Assembly: GCF_022539665.2 (NCBI RefSeq)
Contig: NC_081333.1
Coordinates: forward strand, 13,144,001 to 13,208,000
Origin: Daphnia carinata
Taxonomy: Eukaryota
Reading direction: 5' to 3'
DNA: 64,000 bases
Numbering within the stretch: position 1 is the stretch's first letter; the number at the start of each line of letters is the position of its first letter. Shown here piece after piece: positions 39,301-53,940 of this stretch. Position numbers and translations under genes: made by a program. The notes beneath the pieces were generated by a model. The model was not told the DNA's origin. It did no database searches and saw nothing but the letters and a program-made list of their open reading frames with translations.

Positions 39301-42300
39301 CAAAAAAACGCGCGATGAACGGCGTTGATGAATCTAAAGGAAAAACCCAACGTGTTGCTTTACATGCAACAATCTTTACCATCCATTAGCTATATCAAAA
39401 CCTCCAGTTTTTAAACTCGAAAGCTTTAAGGAGCACCAAATTGAAATTTAAAAATAAATCTTACCCATTTGATACCAGCATCTTCTTTTCTGCTACCGTA
39501 GAAAATGGCCTCAAGAATCGAAATCAAGTCGCTCAAAAAAAAAAAAATTGACGAGCAGCTTCTCCGGAGGGTGTTTACCGATTGAAAGTTCGAATCCAAC
39601 TAACCGGTCTCCGCAGCCTGGTATATTGTGAAGCGGGCCAAGTCCAGTGCGGGTGTCATGGCTGTTCGCCTCTGACGTTTCTCGGACTATCTCCCTCCCC
39701 AATTTCTAATGGGTGGACCGAGAAGGTTTTGGGGCCCCGCTAGTTAGTGATACTAGATTCTCTTTCTTTTCGTTCTCGCAAGGGTAACAAAATTCTAGTG
39801 TTATAATTACACCACACACACACACACAAATTATCAAAGCTGTACATTTATATGCACATCTATCGTGTCATGATGCTATCCCCGGATGAAGTCAAATACA
39901 AGCTAACATGTTGGTTTCGTTAGTTCTTTCTTTGATGATTGCATGATTTTTGAAGAAAATGAAATGTAACAAAACCCGAATGTCTGCGCTATAGTCAACG
40001 ACTGGCTTGAACATTCTGGTTGACTGATAGCAACGACTTGTTCCCAAGACTGACCTTCGTTGCACAGGGGAAACTTCAAAACTTATGCCCGTATTGGTAT
40101 GACCTTAAACGGGCGACATCTTTTCGTTAACCCTACTTGCTTTAAATTTAAATGAAAATCGTTTGAATATTGCAAGTCAATCAGCTGGCCTTAATCAATT
40201 GTATTTTTAAACATTACCATTAATGCAGATGGGTACCAGCAAGTTTAGCTACAATGAAGAGGAGAATGACCGCGGGATCAAGTAAGAAAAGCCGGTTTTT
40301 TGGGAGTGGTTTTATTAACCAGAATAGCAAAGGGCAAACACACTCTTTCCGTCTCAGTCGGTCCGCAAGTCATGTTTCCAGCAGAGGCAGCACTCTTGAG
40401 AAAAGAAATAAAAAAAAAAAAAGAGCATTCCATCTAATACTGAGCTTTCCGGCGACTTACAATAATTAATTAGTAGTCACTAGAAATCGCCCATAGTTGC
40501 ATATTCTTGCACAGTGTAGTTTGCATCGTACAGTGAACATTTTCATGTAGATTCCCGAATAGGGGATACGTTGAAAGAGAATGTAACAAACAACAGAAAT
40601 GCAAACTGAACTTTTATAAGCTAACCAAACAGGTTTTGAAATCCTTTTACCCTCTATGTAATTCTTTTTTTTTTTTTTTTTTTTTTTTTTCTAGAATTCC
40701 AGAATATCTACATCAGAGCGTATTCCATAAAAGAAATCAAACTCATACAACGAAACCTGCGTTGGGCGTTTGCGGACAAGCGGTTGCCATTCGCGCTAAA
40801 AGAACATTTGGCAGCTTTTGGCGTACGAATGAAATTTCGAAACGAAACTGAAAACTGACTCACGGACATCTGACACGAGGTTTTTCAGTTAAGAAATTCT
40901 CTTACTTGCTTGCAGGTTGAATTGGGTAGATGGCCTGGATGGGTCAAAATCTTCCATTCCCTTAGGCCGTAGAGGGGGGACGATACGAAACAAGTTTCTA
41001 ACCTCTTAAGTTTATAGAGAACACCTATAACACGGGGCGACATTAAAGGGAATAAAAGTAAAAACAGAACAAAACAAGAAACTCTGTTTAAAATTCGATA
41101 GCCAAAAGAAATATAGAGGAAAAAAAAATCCGATGCATATCGTTTTTGATCGTCAAAGTAACGTCGTTTGTATCTGTCAGAATACTTTCTCTATTTAGAT
41201 CTATCGAGATAAAGAAGCCATGTCGGTAGATTCTTTCTTCCTCTTGGAGTTGTGTACAGCATTTATAAAAATCTCGTCCGCGCCCAAAGAAATCCAGCTG
41301 CAACGGCGAGGGATGTTGTAAAAAAAAAATGATGTCTTGTTTCTTTTACGATTTGCAATTGACGGAACGTTTTTCTTTTGCGCTTTCAACTCATAATGCT
41401 AATTCAGTTGTTTTTGATTTAATCATTTTTGAGTTTTCAATAGAGCAGATATGTTGTATGATGCACGTAGATTTAGCTATGTTTACATGTAGGAACGATA
41501 AAATGTAACAATTATTCTATGTGGCAGCAAGCTCCATACTAGTAGCTTGAAATCTAGATGTGTGACCTTCGCAGCACTTGTATAATTTACTGGGGAAAAA
41601 AAAATGGGAATCAAGCAATGAATCGACATGGGACAGACACGTTCAAGTCCTGTCATTTATAAAACGTGTATGTCTTAGAAATTGCTGTAAAAAGCGAGTT
41701 GCTTATCATCCATTTCAGGTGACACGCTCAACGGTTGCAAAACTGTAAATGCCAAATTTTCTGTCAACATTCAATTTGCCTTGGGCTCTAGGAGCATAAT
41801 ATTTTTGCTTGAACGACAAAGAATGTCTCACGGATTAACCTGATGCCAATTAAGCAAACATAAACACGCACAAAACTATACATTTCTCCCCCATGGCACA
41901 CAGTTGGTATTGAGTAACTATAGGAACCATTTTAAATTTTGTATATTTCGGGGTAGTCAACTCTTCTGAAGAAAGCAACGGACATTATGCAAAATAAAGG
42001 GAAATGAGACGGCAAATAGATAAAACTGGTAATGTGATGCCGCAACGAATGCGATACCGATTTGCCGATGCGCCGCTATGTTACATATCACTAAGGTCGA
42101 TTTTTACGGTTGCAAGATGACCACTTGACCATAGTCTCCGAAGCACTGGAGATTTTGAATTTATTCTTGTTTCGTCTACGCTTCCCCATATTCCTTCTGC
42201 AGTAGGAAGCCAATGCGTTACACAAAAAAAACAACAACGGGTACGAAATACGTGGATCGTGAAAAAGAAATACCTTGATTGGCCATCCTTTCGCGAAACA

Positions 42301-42661
42301 ATGTTTTCGTTTAGTTCCCGTTAGTTCGCTTATGCCTTTTCGTTTACCGGTTTTTATTCAGATATAATTTTTTTGATTTTCTGGTGCCACATCGTAGTAA
42401 TGCGATAAAATTATATATAATGCGGAAGGTGCTATTCGTGAGATAACACATGAGAAAATATAGTTTCCGTGCGTTAAGTGCGCATAAGATTGCATATAGG
42501 AACTTATTTTGTCATCCAGACACTCGTCTGAAAAAAAGTTAACGAATGACATTTTTCATTCAAGCCAATAGCATCTATAAGACATTGAGAAAATGTTACC
42601 ATTCTTCCAAATTTGTCGCAACAAAATTCATGAACTACAAACTATTTGTGAAGACGCCCCA

Positions 42662-42711
42662 CACCATCTAGTGGTGATGTAAAGAATCACAAATAGTTAA
42701 CACCAGATGGC
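42662..42711. promoter_or_regulatory. Two CTCF-like motifs upstream of MEPCE (probable promoter/boundary)
   Basis: caccatctagtgg (reverse complement ccactagatggtg) and caccagatggc. A splice-site-like sequence follows before the ATG at 43718. Confidence 0.4.
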
Positions 42712-43717
42712 CCATAAACGTAACGAAACGTTGTATACGTATATTTTTTTCTTACCTGAAAATTAAAAATAAATAAATATAAAAATTTTACATCTTCAAA
42801 AACTGGACCGTGGTCCAGAAGCACACCATTCCACACATTGATTAGCCTATTTGCTTTCCTTTTTTCATACATTTATTTCTTTTATATTACATGTGGGACA
42901 ATATTTGATGACCCAGTTTCTAAAATGATTTAATACACACACATGCTTTAACTTAATAGACTCCTAATGCTCTAAAAAGGGAAGCAGAACCAATACATTA
43001 CTAGTTAACTTAACACCGACATTTTTTTCAAGAATTCAGACTCTTAATTATTTACGTTTTCACGTATCTTCAAAGTTTGAACTATAAATTCTTTCTACCA
43101 TTTTACCAGAACATCCCACATTTCTATCCCATTTCCCCTCTTGTGAAATCAATCTACATGTGAAAAGTTTTCATGACTTTTAAGTGTTAAATTTCTGAGC
43201 ACAACACGTTTGAAATGAACGCTAGTCTCCTAATCCATAGTTCCATACCTAAGAACGAATCTTTTCGCAAGTTGTGCAACGTTGCGTGGGGGAGGGTAGT
43301 ATTTATTACCCTTCCCCCATCCTTGCCCCAACGCGAAGAAAGGGACATCACAACGCATTGTGGTCGGACGTCGACAAGGTCGGTCTTAGCACACCTTGTC
43401 TAATATTTAAAGCCCATATTATCACATTTGTAAGACAAAATTCATTCGAGGTAACATTTTACCACCTTCTGTACAATTTTAGCTTTTATGGCTAGTTTTA
43501 GTTAATTTTCTTTGTGTATACAAATGATTTTCAGTGTCAGCTTTCCGATTTGTCCGCTAGATGTCGCATATTTTGATTTATGGAAGTTATTTAAATTTGA
43601 ATGGTTTTCACTATCCAGAAATTTCAACCTACCCAGTAATGCTCTAGTTTCAAACCAAGATTATTTCAGTGTGACAAACTTTACTTTTTATTACAGGATT
43701 ATATTACGTGAAAAACA

Positions 43718-45544
43718 ATGGCGTCAACGCAAGTAGTTTCCCTTAATATTGGACAAATGAAGCGAGTGCACTTCCCAACTGAAGGTGATGACAGGCCTGT
43801 GGAGAATATACCCCACTTTGTGAGTCCAAAAAAAATGGTAAAGCCTACAAACAGTCAACGTAAGAGAAGTCTGAGTCTTACATTTGAAAGCAAGCAGCAT
43901 CATTTCAAGAGGAGACGCAAAGATGAGTTTGTGAGACCAACAAAGTTTCTGCTTGGAGGCAACAGCAGAGATCCATTAAACTTGGGAAGTCTAGCAGATG
44001 AAAGAATTAACCGAGCTTTGAATGAACATACTCCAGAATCCTCACCTCTACCTACCCCTAAGCACCGAAAGGAAGAAATTGAAGTATTAATTCCATCTAA
44101 TATAAGGGATCCATTAAATTTGAATATGCCAGATGATGATTTAGCGGAAAGAGCATTGATTTCTCCGAATGCAGTGATGAGGAAAAAGCGAGGGCGAAAC
44201 CGCAAACGAAGGAGAACGAACAGTGCTAGTGAAGTGCTAGATGCTCGAAGAAATTCACCTGAGTTAAGAACGCTCACATTGGATCTTCCTGTGGTTAAGC
44301 CAGTTGCCGTACAGGCAGCAGAAAACCATGTTGCAGCCGAAACAAAACCAGAAAACTCTATTAGTACGCGAGAATTCAAAGATTTAAAGCTGAAAACAGA
44401 AGCGATCAGGCATTGCAGGCGGCCGGATGACAAAATAGTTAGCCCTGTAGTTCCACAACCTGGAGCTAGAAAGCGATGTGGATTTTTTCCAAGATCTCTT
44501 TCAAAAGAGTCTACTGCCAAAACTCAAAGTCAGCGCCCGTTTTCTCGATGCCCTTCAAGAGAAAGTCAAATGGCCGGAAGCAGCCAATTAAATAATAATT
44601 CTGAACAGTCTTGTTCAAGTCAGAACGTAAAAGAGGTTAAACGGTTTCAGTATGGAAATTACGATAGGTAAGCTAATGAATTACATGAAACTTTTACGTT
44701 TACGCTAAATGAGTTGATAATTATTAGGTATTATGGTTATCGCAACCCCAACTGCGAAGACCTGCGACTCCGTTCGTTCTGGCGTGAGTGGTTCGAAGAC
44801 AAAGACGTCTTGGATATTGGATGCAATGCAGGACACGTGACACTTTGCGTGGCTCGTGATTTCAATCCAAAACAAATCGTTGGAATTGACATTGACCCCA
44901 AATTGATAGCAATTGCTCGCAAGAATATAAAAACTTACTCTGGCTCCCATCCGAATGAACGTCAATTCCCAGTTTCCATGCCACTCATGTACGGATCCAT
45001 ACCAAGCACCAGTTCATCTGCCGCATCATCCCGCTTTCCCGACAACGTTTCTTTCGTCCAGGGGAATTACGTACCCGAAAGCGACGAATTTCTTCAAATG
45101 GTTCAACCAGAATATGATGCTATTCTTTGTCTTTCCGTCACGAAATGGGTACATCTCAATTGGAAAGATGCTGGACTGAAACGTTTTTTCCACAGAATTT
45201 TCGCCCATTTACGACCAGGAGGAAAATTGGTACTTGAGGCGCAAGGTTGGGCATCTTACAACAAGAGAAAAAAATTAACGGTGAGTTGCAATACAAATTT
45301 CCTAGGGAAATTAAAAACTGAAGTATCTGCTTACATTCCACAGGAAACTATTGCTGCAAACTATGCGGCTATTCAACTATATCCTGAGCGGTTTCCTGAT
45401 TATCTACTTTCGCAAGTAGGGTTCTCTACTTGCGAAGAAATAGCAACCCCACATCATGCTGCTAAAGGCTTTCGGCGACCCATTCACGTTTTCACAAAAC
45501 CTATAAGTAGTTGTCCTACAACGCCAAAAGACAATGTTGGGTGA
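43718..45544 (+). CDS. MEPCE: 7SK snRNA methylphosphate capping enzyme (Bin3 family SAM methyltransferase); exons ~43718-44667, 44728-45280, 45344-45544 (3' end may be spliced further at 45541)
   Basis: KFLLGGNSRDPLNL, FQYGNYDRYYGYR, VLDIGCNAGH, GIDID, ILCLSVTKWVHLNW, LRPGGKLVLE, GFRRPI. Confidence 0.93.
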
Positions 45545-46639
45545 GTAGTAACTGAAATATCTCCCATTTTCTATTGTTAGCCAGGATCTTCAACGATTGT
45601 ACAGTTTTTTTTCTTCGTTCTTGAATCGCTTTTGCTTATCCATTACACTCTTTGGCAAGTATTCAGTATATTCCTTTCGAATTTTCGAGATCTCTGGTGT
45701 GTCCTATTCCTGTTCCAATTTCTTTTCACCTTTCATTTTTTTGCAGCACCTTGATCACGCCACTTCCTAGTTTCATTTCCTCAGTAAGATTTTCATTATT
45801 GGATGAATTCAGTTGGATTGGTGTGATACGTTAGCACAAGAATGTACAGTCAATTATATTTTATAATAAAAGACTGTTAAATCAGACTAAAATAATAGGA
45901 ACTGTGTGTTATGTGTTATACTAGAGGAATCTACGCAACTGCGAGCGTTGAAGGACGGATTTTATTATTATTACTATTAATTTCTAGTTCACAAGACAAG
46001 TTAAAAGCGAGAAGCAGACCAACGGTAATACCTCTAAGTTGTTAAACTGAAAAACTAATTTTTTATCTAATCAGAAGCCATATTTGACATTCTTTTATAT
46101 CAAACACCAAGAAGGACTTAAGTTATTGCGAGAGTACCCCAACTCTCAATAACTTCCAGCTTCCACAATGATCATCTAATGTCACAAAATCTAAAGTTGG
46201 TTTTCCAATGTTTGAATAGTAATTTTACATTACTTCACTAAACTGTACGTTCGTATCCTACAACATATGAATTGACAGTGATTATTCAGTTTAGGATTAA
46301 GAATTAGGAAAAACACCAGTATCACATAAATATAACGATAACGAAAAACAGGATTTCCGCTTGTGATGAACGAAAAATAAGGAATGGAAACGGAAACGTT
46401 GCTGATAAACAATCTCATTAATCGAAAAGGTATTGGATTATACGTGTCTATGCAATATGGTGCTGAAAAAGTATGTCAGTTTTGTCTCCCTGACACTTTA
46501 TGTGCAATGGTGTTACAATTATCTGAAGAAATTAAATTATTAATGGTACGACAGAAGCGATTTTTAATTATCCATAACCATTACGATTGATTTTGAATTG
46601 GCAAAAATGGCGATTGATTAACTTAATTATGGAAAAGTA

Positions 46640-49600
46640 TATATAAATTAGATTGCAAATCCCACGAAGACAAAGAAAATAGCCTTAATTTTAATCTAGG
46701 TTACATAGTTTTTGAATTGTTCATATTAAAGTAGATTGGTTTTAAAGAAAAGCGCGTTTGATTTCAATTATCTTCGTTAAATTAACTAAACTATAGCAAA
46801 CTATGCTTGAATTAGGTTCGAAATTAAACGAAGATGAAGACAACAACCTTAATTTTAATCTAGGTTACACAGCTTTTGAGTTATTCAAATTAACATACCA
46901 TTAAAATGTTTTGGAGCGCTAGCGCGATTCATCACATATATTCGGTGTATTTTTTAAACGATTCGTTTTAAGAGAAAATCAATAGCTGAATCGAAATCAG
47001 CGTTCAATTTTCAGTATACTGTGTAAGTTTCATTGAATTCAAAGAAATGTCGTTTTTGGCCGATTTTGGCAAAAGTGGGAAGGCTATAGCCTTCTCACTT
47101 TCTCAGTTTTGGTCAAATTTCAAATTTAGCTTAAAATACATGATTTCCATTCAGAATTGAATGCTTATCACGGAAATCAAATTTATTTTGCAATTGACCT
47201 TATAGTTTTTTTATTAAACGTCAACAACGAAAAGAAAAAAAAATCGGGCTTATTTAGTTGGGCTTGTTTAGTCGGGCTTAAAAAATTTTTGTGCAATAAC
47301 TGTCACTCATCGGAATTGGTGGAGTATCATAGGATATACTAAAAATTGAATGCTGATTTCGGGTAAATTGTTCTTTCTTTCATTGAGTGAGCGATTTTTT
47401 AGATACACCCAATATTTAAGAAGCGCTGGTTCGCTCTAGCGTGCCAGTACGCGCCTGCGCGATGCAACACAAATTCCCGATTGCCAGCGCGCTGATTGCA
47501 ATTATCTTGTTTATATTAACATAATTATTGCAAAATAGGTACGAAGCAGATTGGAAATCCAACGAGGATAAAGAAAATAACCTTAATTTTAATCTAGGTT
47601 ACATAGTTTTTGAGTTATTCACATTAAAGTAGATTGGCTTTAAAGAAAAGCTTGTTTAATTTTAATTATCTTCTTTAAATTAACTTAACTATGAAAAATT
47701 ATGCATGAGTTAGCTTCTAAACTAAAGGAGGATTAAGATAATAACCTAAATTTTAATACAAAATGCATAGTTTTTGAGTTATTCAACCTTAAATCAATTA
47801 GCTTTAAAAAAAAGCATATGTTTAATTTCAATTATCTCCCTTAAATTAACTTAACTATGGCAAATTATGCATGAATTAGGTTCGAAATTAAACGAGGATA
47901 GAGATAATACCCTTAATTTTAATCTAGGTCACATGGATTTTGAGTTATTTAACTTAAAATAGATTGGCTTTAAAGAAAAGCTCGTTTGATTTCAATTATC
48001 TTCTTTAAATTAACTTAACTATGGTAAATTATGCATGAGTTAGGTTTGAAATTAAACGAGGATCAAGCAAGTACCCTTAATTTTAATTTAGGTTACATAG
48101 TTTTTAAGTTATTCAACTTAAAATAGATTGTGTTTAAAGAAAACCTCGTTTGATTTAAATTATCTTCTTTAAATTAACTTAACTATGGCAAATTATCCAT
48201 GAACTACGTTCGAAATTAAACGAGGATCAAGGTAATACCCTTAATTTTAATCTAGGTTACATGGATTTTGAGTTATTTAACTTAAAATAGATTGGCTTTA
48301 AAGAAAAGCTCGTTTGATTTCAATTATCTTCTTTAAATTAACTTAACTATGGTAAATTATGCATGTGTTGGGTTCGAAATTAAACGAGGATCAAGATAGT
48401 AACCTTAATTTTAATCTAGGTCACATAGTTTTTGCTTTATTTAACTTAAAATAGATTGTCTTTAAAGAAAAGCTCGTTTGATTTCAATTATCTTCTTTGA
48501 ATTACCTTAACTATGGTAAATTATGCATGAGTTAGGTTCGAAATTAAACGAGGATCAAGCAAGTACCCTTAATTTTAATTTAGGATACATATTTTTTTAG
48601 TTATTCAACTTAAAATAGATTGGGTTTAAAGAAAACCTCGTTTGATTTCAGTTATCTTCATTAAATTAACTTAACTACGACAAATTATGGATGAATTAGA
48701 TTCAAACTTAAACGAGGATCAAGAAAATACGCTTAATTTTAATCTAAGATACATAGTTTTTGAGTTATTCAACTTAAAATCAATTAGGTTTAAAAAAAAG
48801 CATGTTTCATTTCAATTATCTCCCTTAATTTAACATAACTATGGCAAATTATGCATGATTTAGGTTCGAAATTAAACGAGGATCAAGACAGTAACCTTAA
48901 CTTTAATCTAGGTCACATAGTATTTGAGTCATTCAACTTAAAATATATTAGCTTTAAAGAAAAGCTCGTTTGATTTCAATTATCTTCTTTAAATTAATGT
49001 TACTATGGCAAATTATGGATGAGTTAGGTTCTAAATTAATTAAGGATGAAGAAAATAAACTGTATTTTAATCTAGGTTACATAGTTTTTGATTTATTCAA
49101 ATTAACACACCATTAAACTGTTTTGGAGCGCTTAGCGCAATGCAGCCCAACTAATCGGTGTATTTTTCAAACGATTCATTTAAAGGGAAAACCAATAGCT
49201 GAATCGAAATCAGCGTTCAATTTTCAGTATAGTGTGTAAGTTTCATTGAATTCCAAGAAATGTCGTTTTTGGCCGATTTTGGCAAAAGTGGGAAGGCTAT
49301 AGCCTTCTCACTTTCTCAGTTTTGGTCAAATTTCAAATTTAGCTTAAAATACATGATTTCCATTCAGAATTGAATGCTTATCACGGAAATCAAATTTATT
49401 TTGCAATTGACCTTACAGTTTTTTTATTAAACGTCAACAACGAAAAGAAAAAAAAATCGGGCTTATTTAGTTGGGCTTATTTAGTCGGGCTTAAAAAATT
49501 TTTGTGCAATAACTGTCACTCATCGGAATTGGTTGAGTATCATAGGATATACTAAAAATTGAATGCTGATTTCGGGTAAATTATTCTTTCTTTCATTGAG

Positions 49601-52600
49601 TGAGCGATTTTTTAGATACACCCAATATTCAAGAAGCGCTGGGTCGCTCTAGCGTGCCAGTACGCTCCAGCGCCTGCGCGATGCAGCACAAATTTCCGAT
49701 TGCCAGCGCGCTGATTGCAATTATCTTGTTTATATTAACATAATTATTGCAAAATAGGTACGAAGTAGATTGGAAATCCAACGAGGATAAAGAAAATAAC
49801 CTTAATTTCAATCTAGGTTACATAGTTTTTGAGTTATTCACATTAAAGTAGATTGGCTTTAAAGAAAAGCTTGTTTGATTTTAATTATCTTCTTTAACTT
49901 AACTTAACTATGGAAAATTATGCATGAGTTAGCTTCTAAACTAAAGAAGGATTAAGATAATAACCTAAATTTTAACATAAAATACATAGTTTTTGAGTTA
50001 TTCAACCTTAAATCAATTAGCTTTAAAAAAAGCATGTTTCATTTCAATTATCTCCCTTAAATTAACTTAACTATGGCAAGTTATGCATGAATTAAGTTCG
50101 AAATTAAACGAGGATCAAGATAATACCCTTAATTTTAATCTAGGTCACATGGATTTTGAGTTATTTAACTTAAAATAGATTGGCTTTAAAGAAAAGCTCG
50201 TTTGCTTTCAATTATCTTCTTTGAATTAACTTAACTTTGGTAAATTATGCATCAGTTAGGTTCAAAATTAAGCGAAGATCAAGACAAAACTTTTAATTTT
50301 AATTTAGGTTACATAGTTTTTAAGTTATTCAACTTAAAATAGATTGTGTTTAAAGAAAACCTCGTTTGATTTCAATTATCTTCTTTAAATTAATTTAACT
50401 ACGGCAAATTATGCATGAATTAGGTTCGAAATAAAACGAGGATCAAGGTGATACCCTTAATTTTAATCTAAGATACATAGTTTTTGAGTTATTCAACTTA
50501 AAATCAATTAGCTTTAAAAAAAGCAGGTTTCATTTCAATTATCTTCCTTAAATTAACTTAACTATGGCAAATTATGCATGAGTTAAGTTCGAAATTAAAC
50601 GAGGATCAAGATAATACCCTTAATTTTAATCTAGGTCACATAGTTTTTAAGTTATTCAACTTAAAATAGATTGTGTTTAAAGAAAACCTCGTTTGATTTC
50701 AATTATCTTCTTTAAATTAAATTAACTACGGCAAATTATGCATGATTTAGGTTCGAAATTAAACGAGGATCAAGGTAATACCCTTAATTTTAATCTAAGA
50801 TACATAGTTTTTGAGTTATTCAACTTAAAATCAATTAGCTTTAAAAAAAAGCAGGTTTCATTTCAATTATCTTCCTTAAATTAACTGAACTATGGCAAAT
50901 TATGCATGAATTAGGTTCAAAATTAAACGAGGATCAAGATAATACCCTTAATTTTAAACTAGGTCACATAGTTTTTGAGTTATTTAACTTAAAATAGATT
51001 GGCTTTAAAGAAAAACTCGTTTGATTTCAATTATCTTCCTTATATTAACTTAACTATGGTAAATTATGCATTAGTTAGGTTCTAAATTAAACGAGGATCA
51101 AGGTAATACCCTTAAATTAATTTAGGTTACATAGTTTTTAAGTTATTCAACTTAAAATAGATTGGGTTTAAAGAAAACCTCGTTTGTTTTCAATTATTTT
51201 CTTTAAATTAACTTAACTACGGCAAATTATGCATGAATTAGGTTCGAAATTAAACGAGGATCAAGGTAATACCCTTAATTTTAATCTAAGATACATAGTT
51301 TTTGAGTTATCCAACTTAAAATCAATTAGCTTTAAAAAAAGCAGGTTTCATTTCAATTATCTTCCTTAAATTAACTTAACTATGGCAAATTATGCATGAG
51401 TTAAGTTCGAAATTAAACGAGGATCAAGATAATACCCTTAATTTTAATCTAGGTCACATAGTTTTTGAGTTATTTAACTTAAAATAGATTGGCTTTAAAG
51501 AAAAGCTCGTTTGATTTCAATTATCTTCTTTGAATTACCTTAACTACGGCAAATTATGCATGAATTAGGTTCGAAATTAAAGGAGGATCAAGACAATACC
51601 CTTAATTTTAATCTAAGTTACATAGTTTTAGAGTTATTTGACTTAAAATCAATTAGCTTTAAAAAAAGCCGGTTTAATTTCAATTATCTTCCTTAAATTA
51701 ACTGAATTATGGCAAATTATGCATGAATTAGGTTCAAAATTAAACGAGGATCAAGATAATACCCTTAATTTTAAACTAGGTCACATAGTTTTTGAGTTAT
51801 TTAACTTAAAATAGATTGGCTTTAAAGAAAAACTCGTTTGATTTCAATTATCTTCCTTATATTAACTTAACTATGGTAAATTATGCATTAGTTAGGTTCT
51901 AAATTAAACGAGGATCAAGATAATACCCTTAATATTAATTTAGGTTACATAGTTTTTAAGTTATTCAACTTAAAATAGATTTGGTTTAAAGAAATCCTCG
52001 TTTGATTTCAATTATTTTCTTTAAATTAACTTAACTACGGCAAATTATGCATGAATTAGGTTCGAAATTAAACGAGGAACAAGGTAATACCCTTAATTTT
52101 AATCTAAGATACATAGTTTTTGAGTTATCCAACTTAAAATCAATTAGCTTTAAAAAAAGCAGGTTTCGTTTCAATTATCTTCCTTAAATTAACTTAACTA
52201 TGGCAAATTATGCATGAATTAGGTTTGAAATTAAACGAGGACCAAGATAATACCCTTAATTTTAATCTAAGATACATAGTTTTTGAGTTATTCAACTTAA
52301 TATCAATTAGCTTTAAAAAAAAGCAGGTTTCATTTCAATTATCTTCCTTAAATTAACTTAACTATGGCAAATTATGCATGAATTAGTTTCGAAATTAAAC
52401 GAGGATCAAGATAATACCCTTAATTTTAATCTAGGTCACATGGATTTTGAGTTATTTAACTTAAAATAGATTGTGTTTAAAGAAAAGCTCGTTTGATTTC
52501 AATTATCTTCTTTAAATTAACTTAACTATGGTAAATTATGCATTAGTTTGGTTCTAAATTATACGAGGATCAAGATAATATCCTTGATTTTAATTTAGGT

Positions 52601-53940
52601 TACATAGTTTTTAAGTTATTCAACTTAAAATAGATTGGGTTTAAAGAAAACCTCGTTTGATTTCAATTATTTTCTTTAAATTAACTTAACTACGGCAAAT
52701 TATGCATGAATTATGTTCGAAATTAAACGAGGATCAAGGTAATAACCTTAATTTTAATCTAAAATACATAGTTTTTGAGTTATTCAACTTAAAATCAATT
52801 AGCTTTAAAAAAAGCATGTTTCATTTCAATTATCTCTCTTAAATTAACTTAACTATGGCAAATTATGCATGAATTAGGTTTGAAATTAAACGAGGATCAA
52901 GATAATACCCTTAATTTTAATCTAAGTTACATAGTTTTAGAGTTATTCGACTTAAAATCAATTAGCTTTAAAGAAAAGCATGTTTCATTTCAATTATCTC
53001 CCTTAAATTAACTTAACTATGGCAAAATATGCTTGAATTAGGTTCAAAATTAAGCGAGGACCAAGGCAATAACCTTAATTTTAATCTAGATTACATAGTT
53101 TTTAAGTTATTCAACTTAAAATAGATTGGGTTTAATGAAAAGCTCGTTTGATTTCAATTATCTTCTTTAAATTAACTTAACTATGGTAAATTATGCATGA
53201 ATTAAGTTCTAAATTAAACCAGGATCAAGGTAGTAACCTTAATTTTAATCTAGGTCACATGGATTTTGAGTTATTTAACTTAAAATAGATTGGCTTTAAA
53301 GAAAAGCTCGTTTGATTTCAATTATCGTCTTTAAATTAACTTAACTACGGCAAATTATGCATGAATTAGGTTCGAAATTAAAGGAGGATCAAGACTATAC
53401 CCTTAATTTTAATCTAAGATACATAGTTTTTGAGTTATCCAACTTAAAATCAATTAGCTTTAAAAAAAAGCATGTTTCATTTCAATTATCTCCCTTTAAT
53501 TAACTTAACTATGGCAAATTATGCATGACTTAGGTTCGAAATTAAACGAGGATCATGATAGTAACCTTAATTTTACTCTAGGTCACATAGTTTTTGAGTT
53601 ATTTAACTTAAAATAGATTGGCTTTAAAGACAAGCTCGTTTAATTTCAATTATCTTCATTAAATTAACTTAACTATGGAAAATTATGGATGAAATAGGTT
53701 ATACATTAAACAAGGATCAAGATAATAACCTTAATTTTAATATAGGTTACATAGTTTTTGAGTCATACAACTTAAAATAAATTGGCTTTAAAGAAAAGCT
53801 CGTTTGATTTCAATTAACTTCTTTAAATTAATGTAACTATGGCAAATTATGGATGAGTTAGGTTCTAAATTAATTAAGGATGAAGAAAATAAACTGTATT
53901 TTAATCTAGGTTACATAGTTTTTGATTTATTCAAATTAAC
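46640..53940. repeat. AT-rich 164-bp satellite in three blocks (~1.5 copies at 46640-46900, ~9 at 47560-49100, ~25 at 49780-53940)
   Basis: The motif gaggatcaag occurs at 48058, 48222, 48386, 48550 and 48714 (164-bp period) and continues through the third block. Confidence 0.95.

Noticed and set aside
39588..39610. gttcgaatcc as a tRNA T-loop, and ctaacc as a telomerase RNA template
   Set aside because: No cloverleaf, and a 6-nt template match is expected by chance.
45281..45343. In-frame 21-aa insertion in the MEPCE ORF
   Set aside because: It is a canonical 63-nt gtgagt...cag intron that happens to lack a stop.
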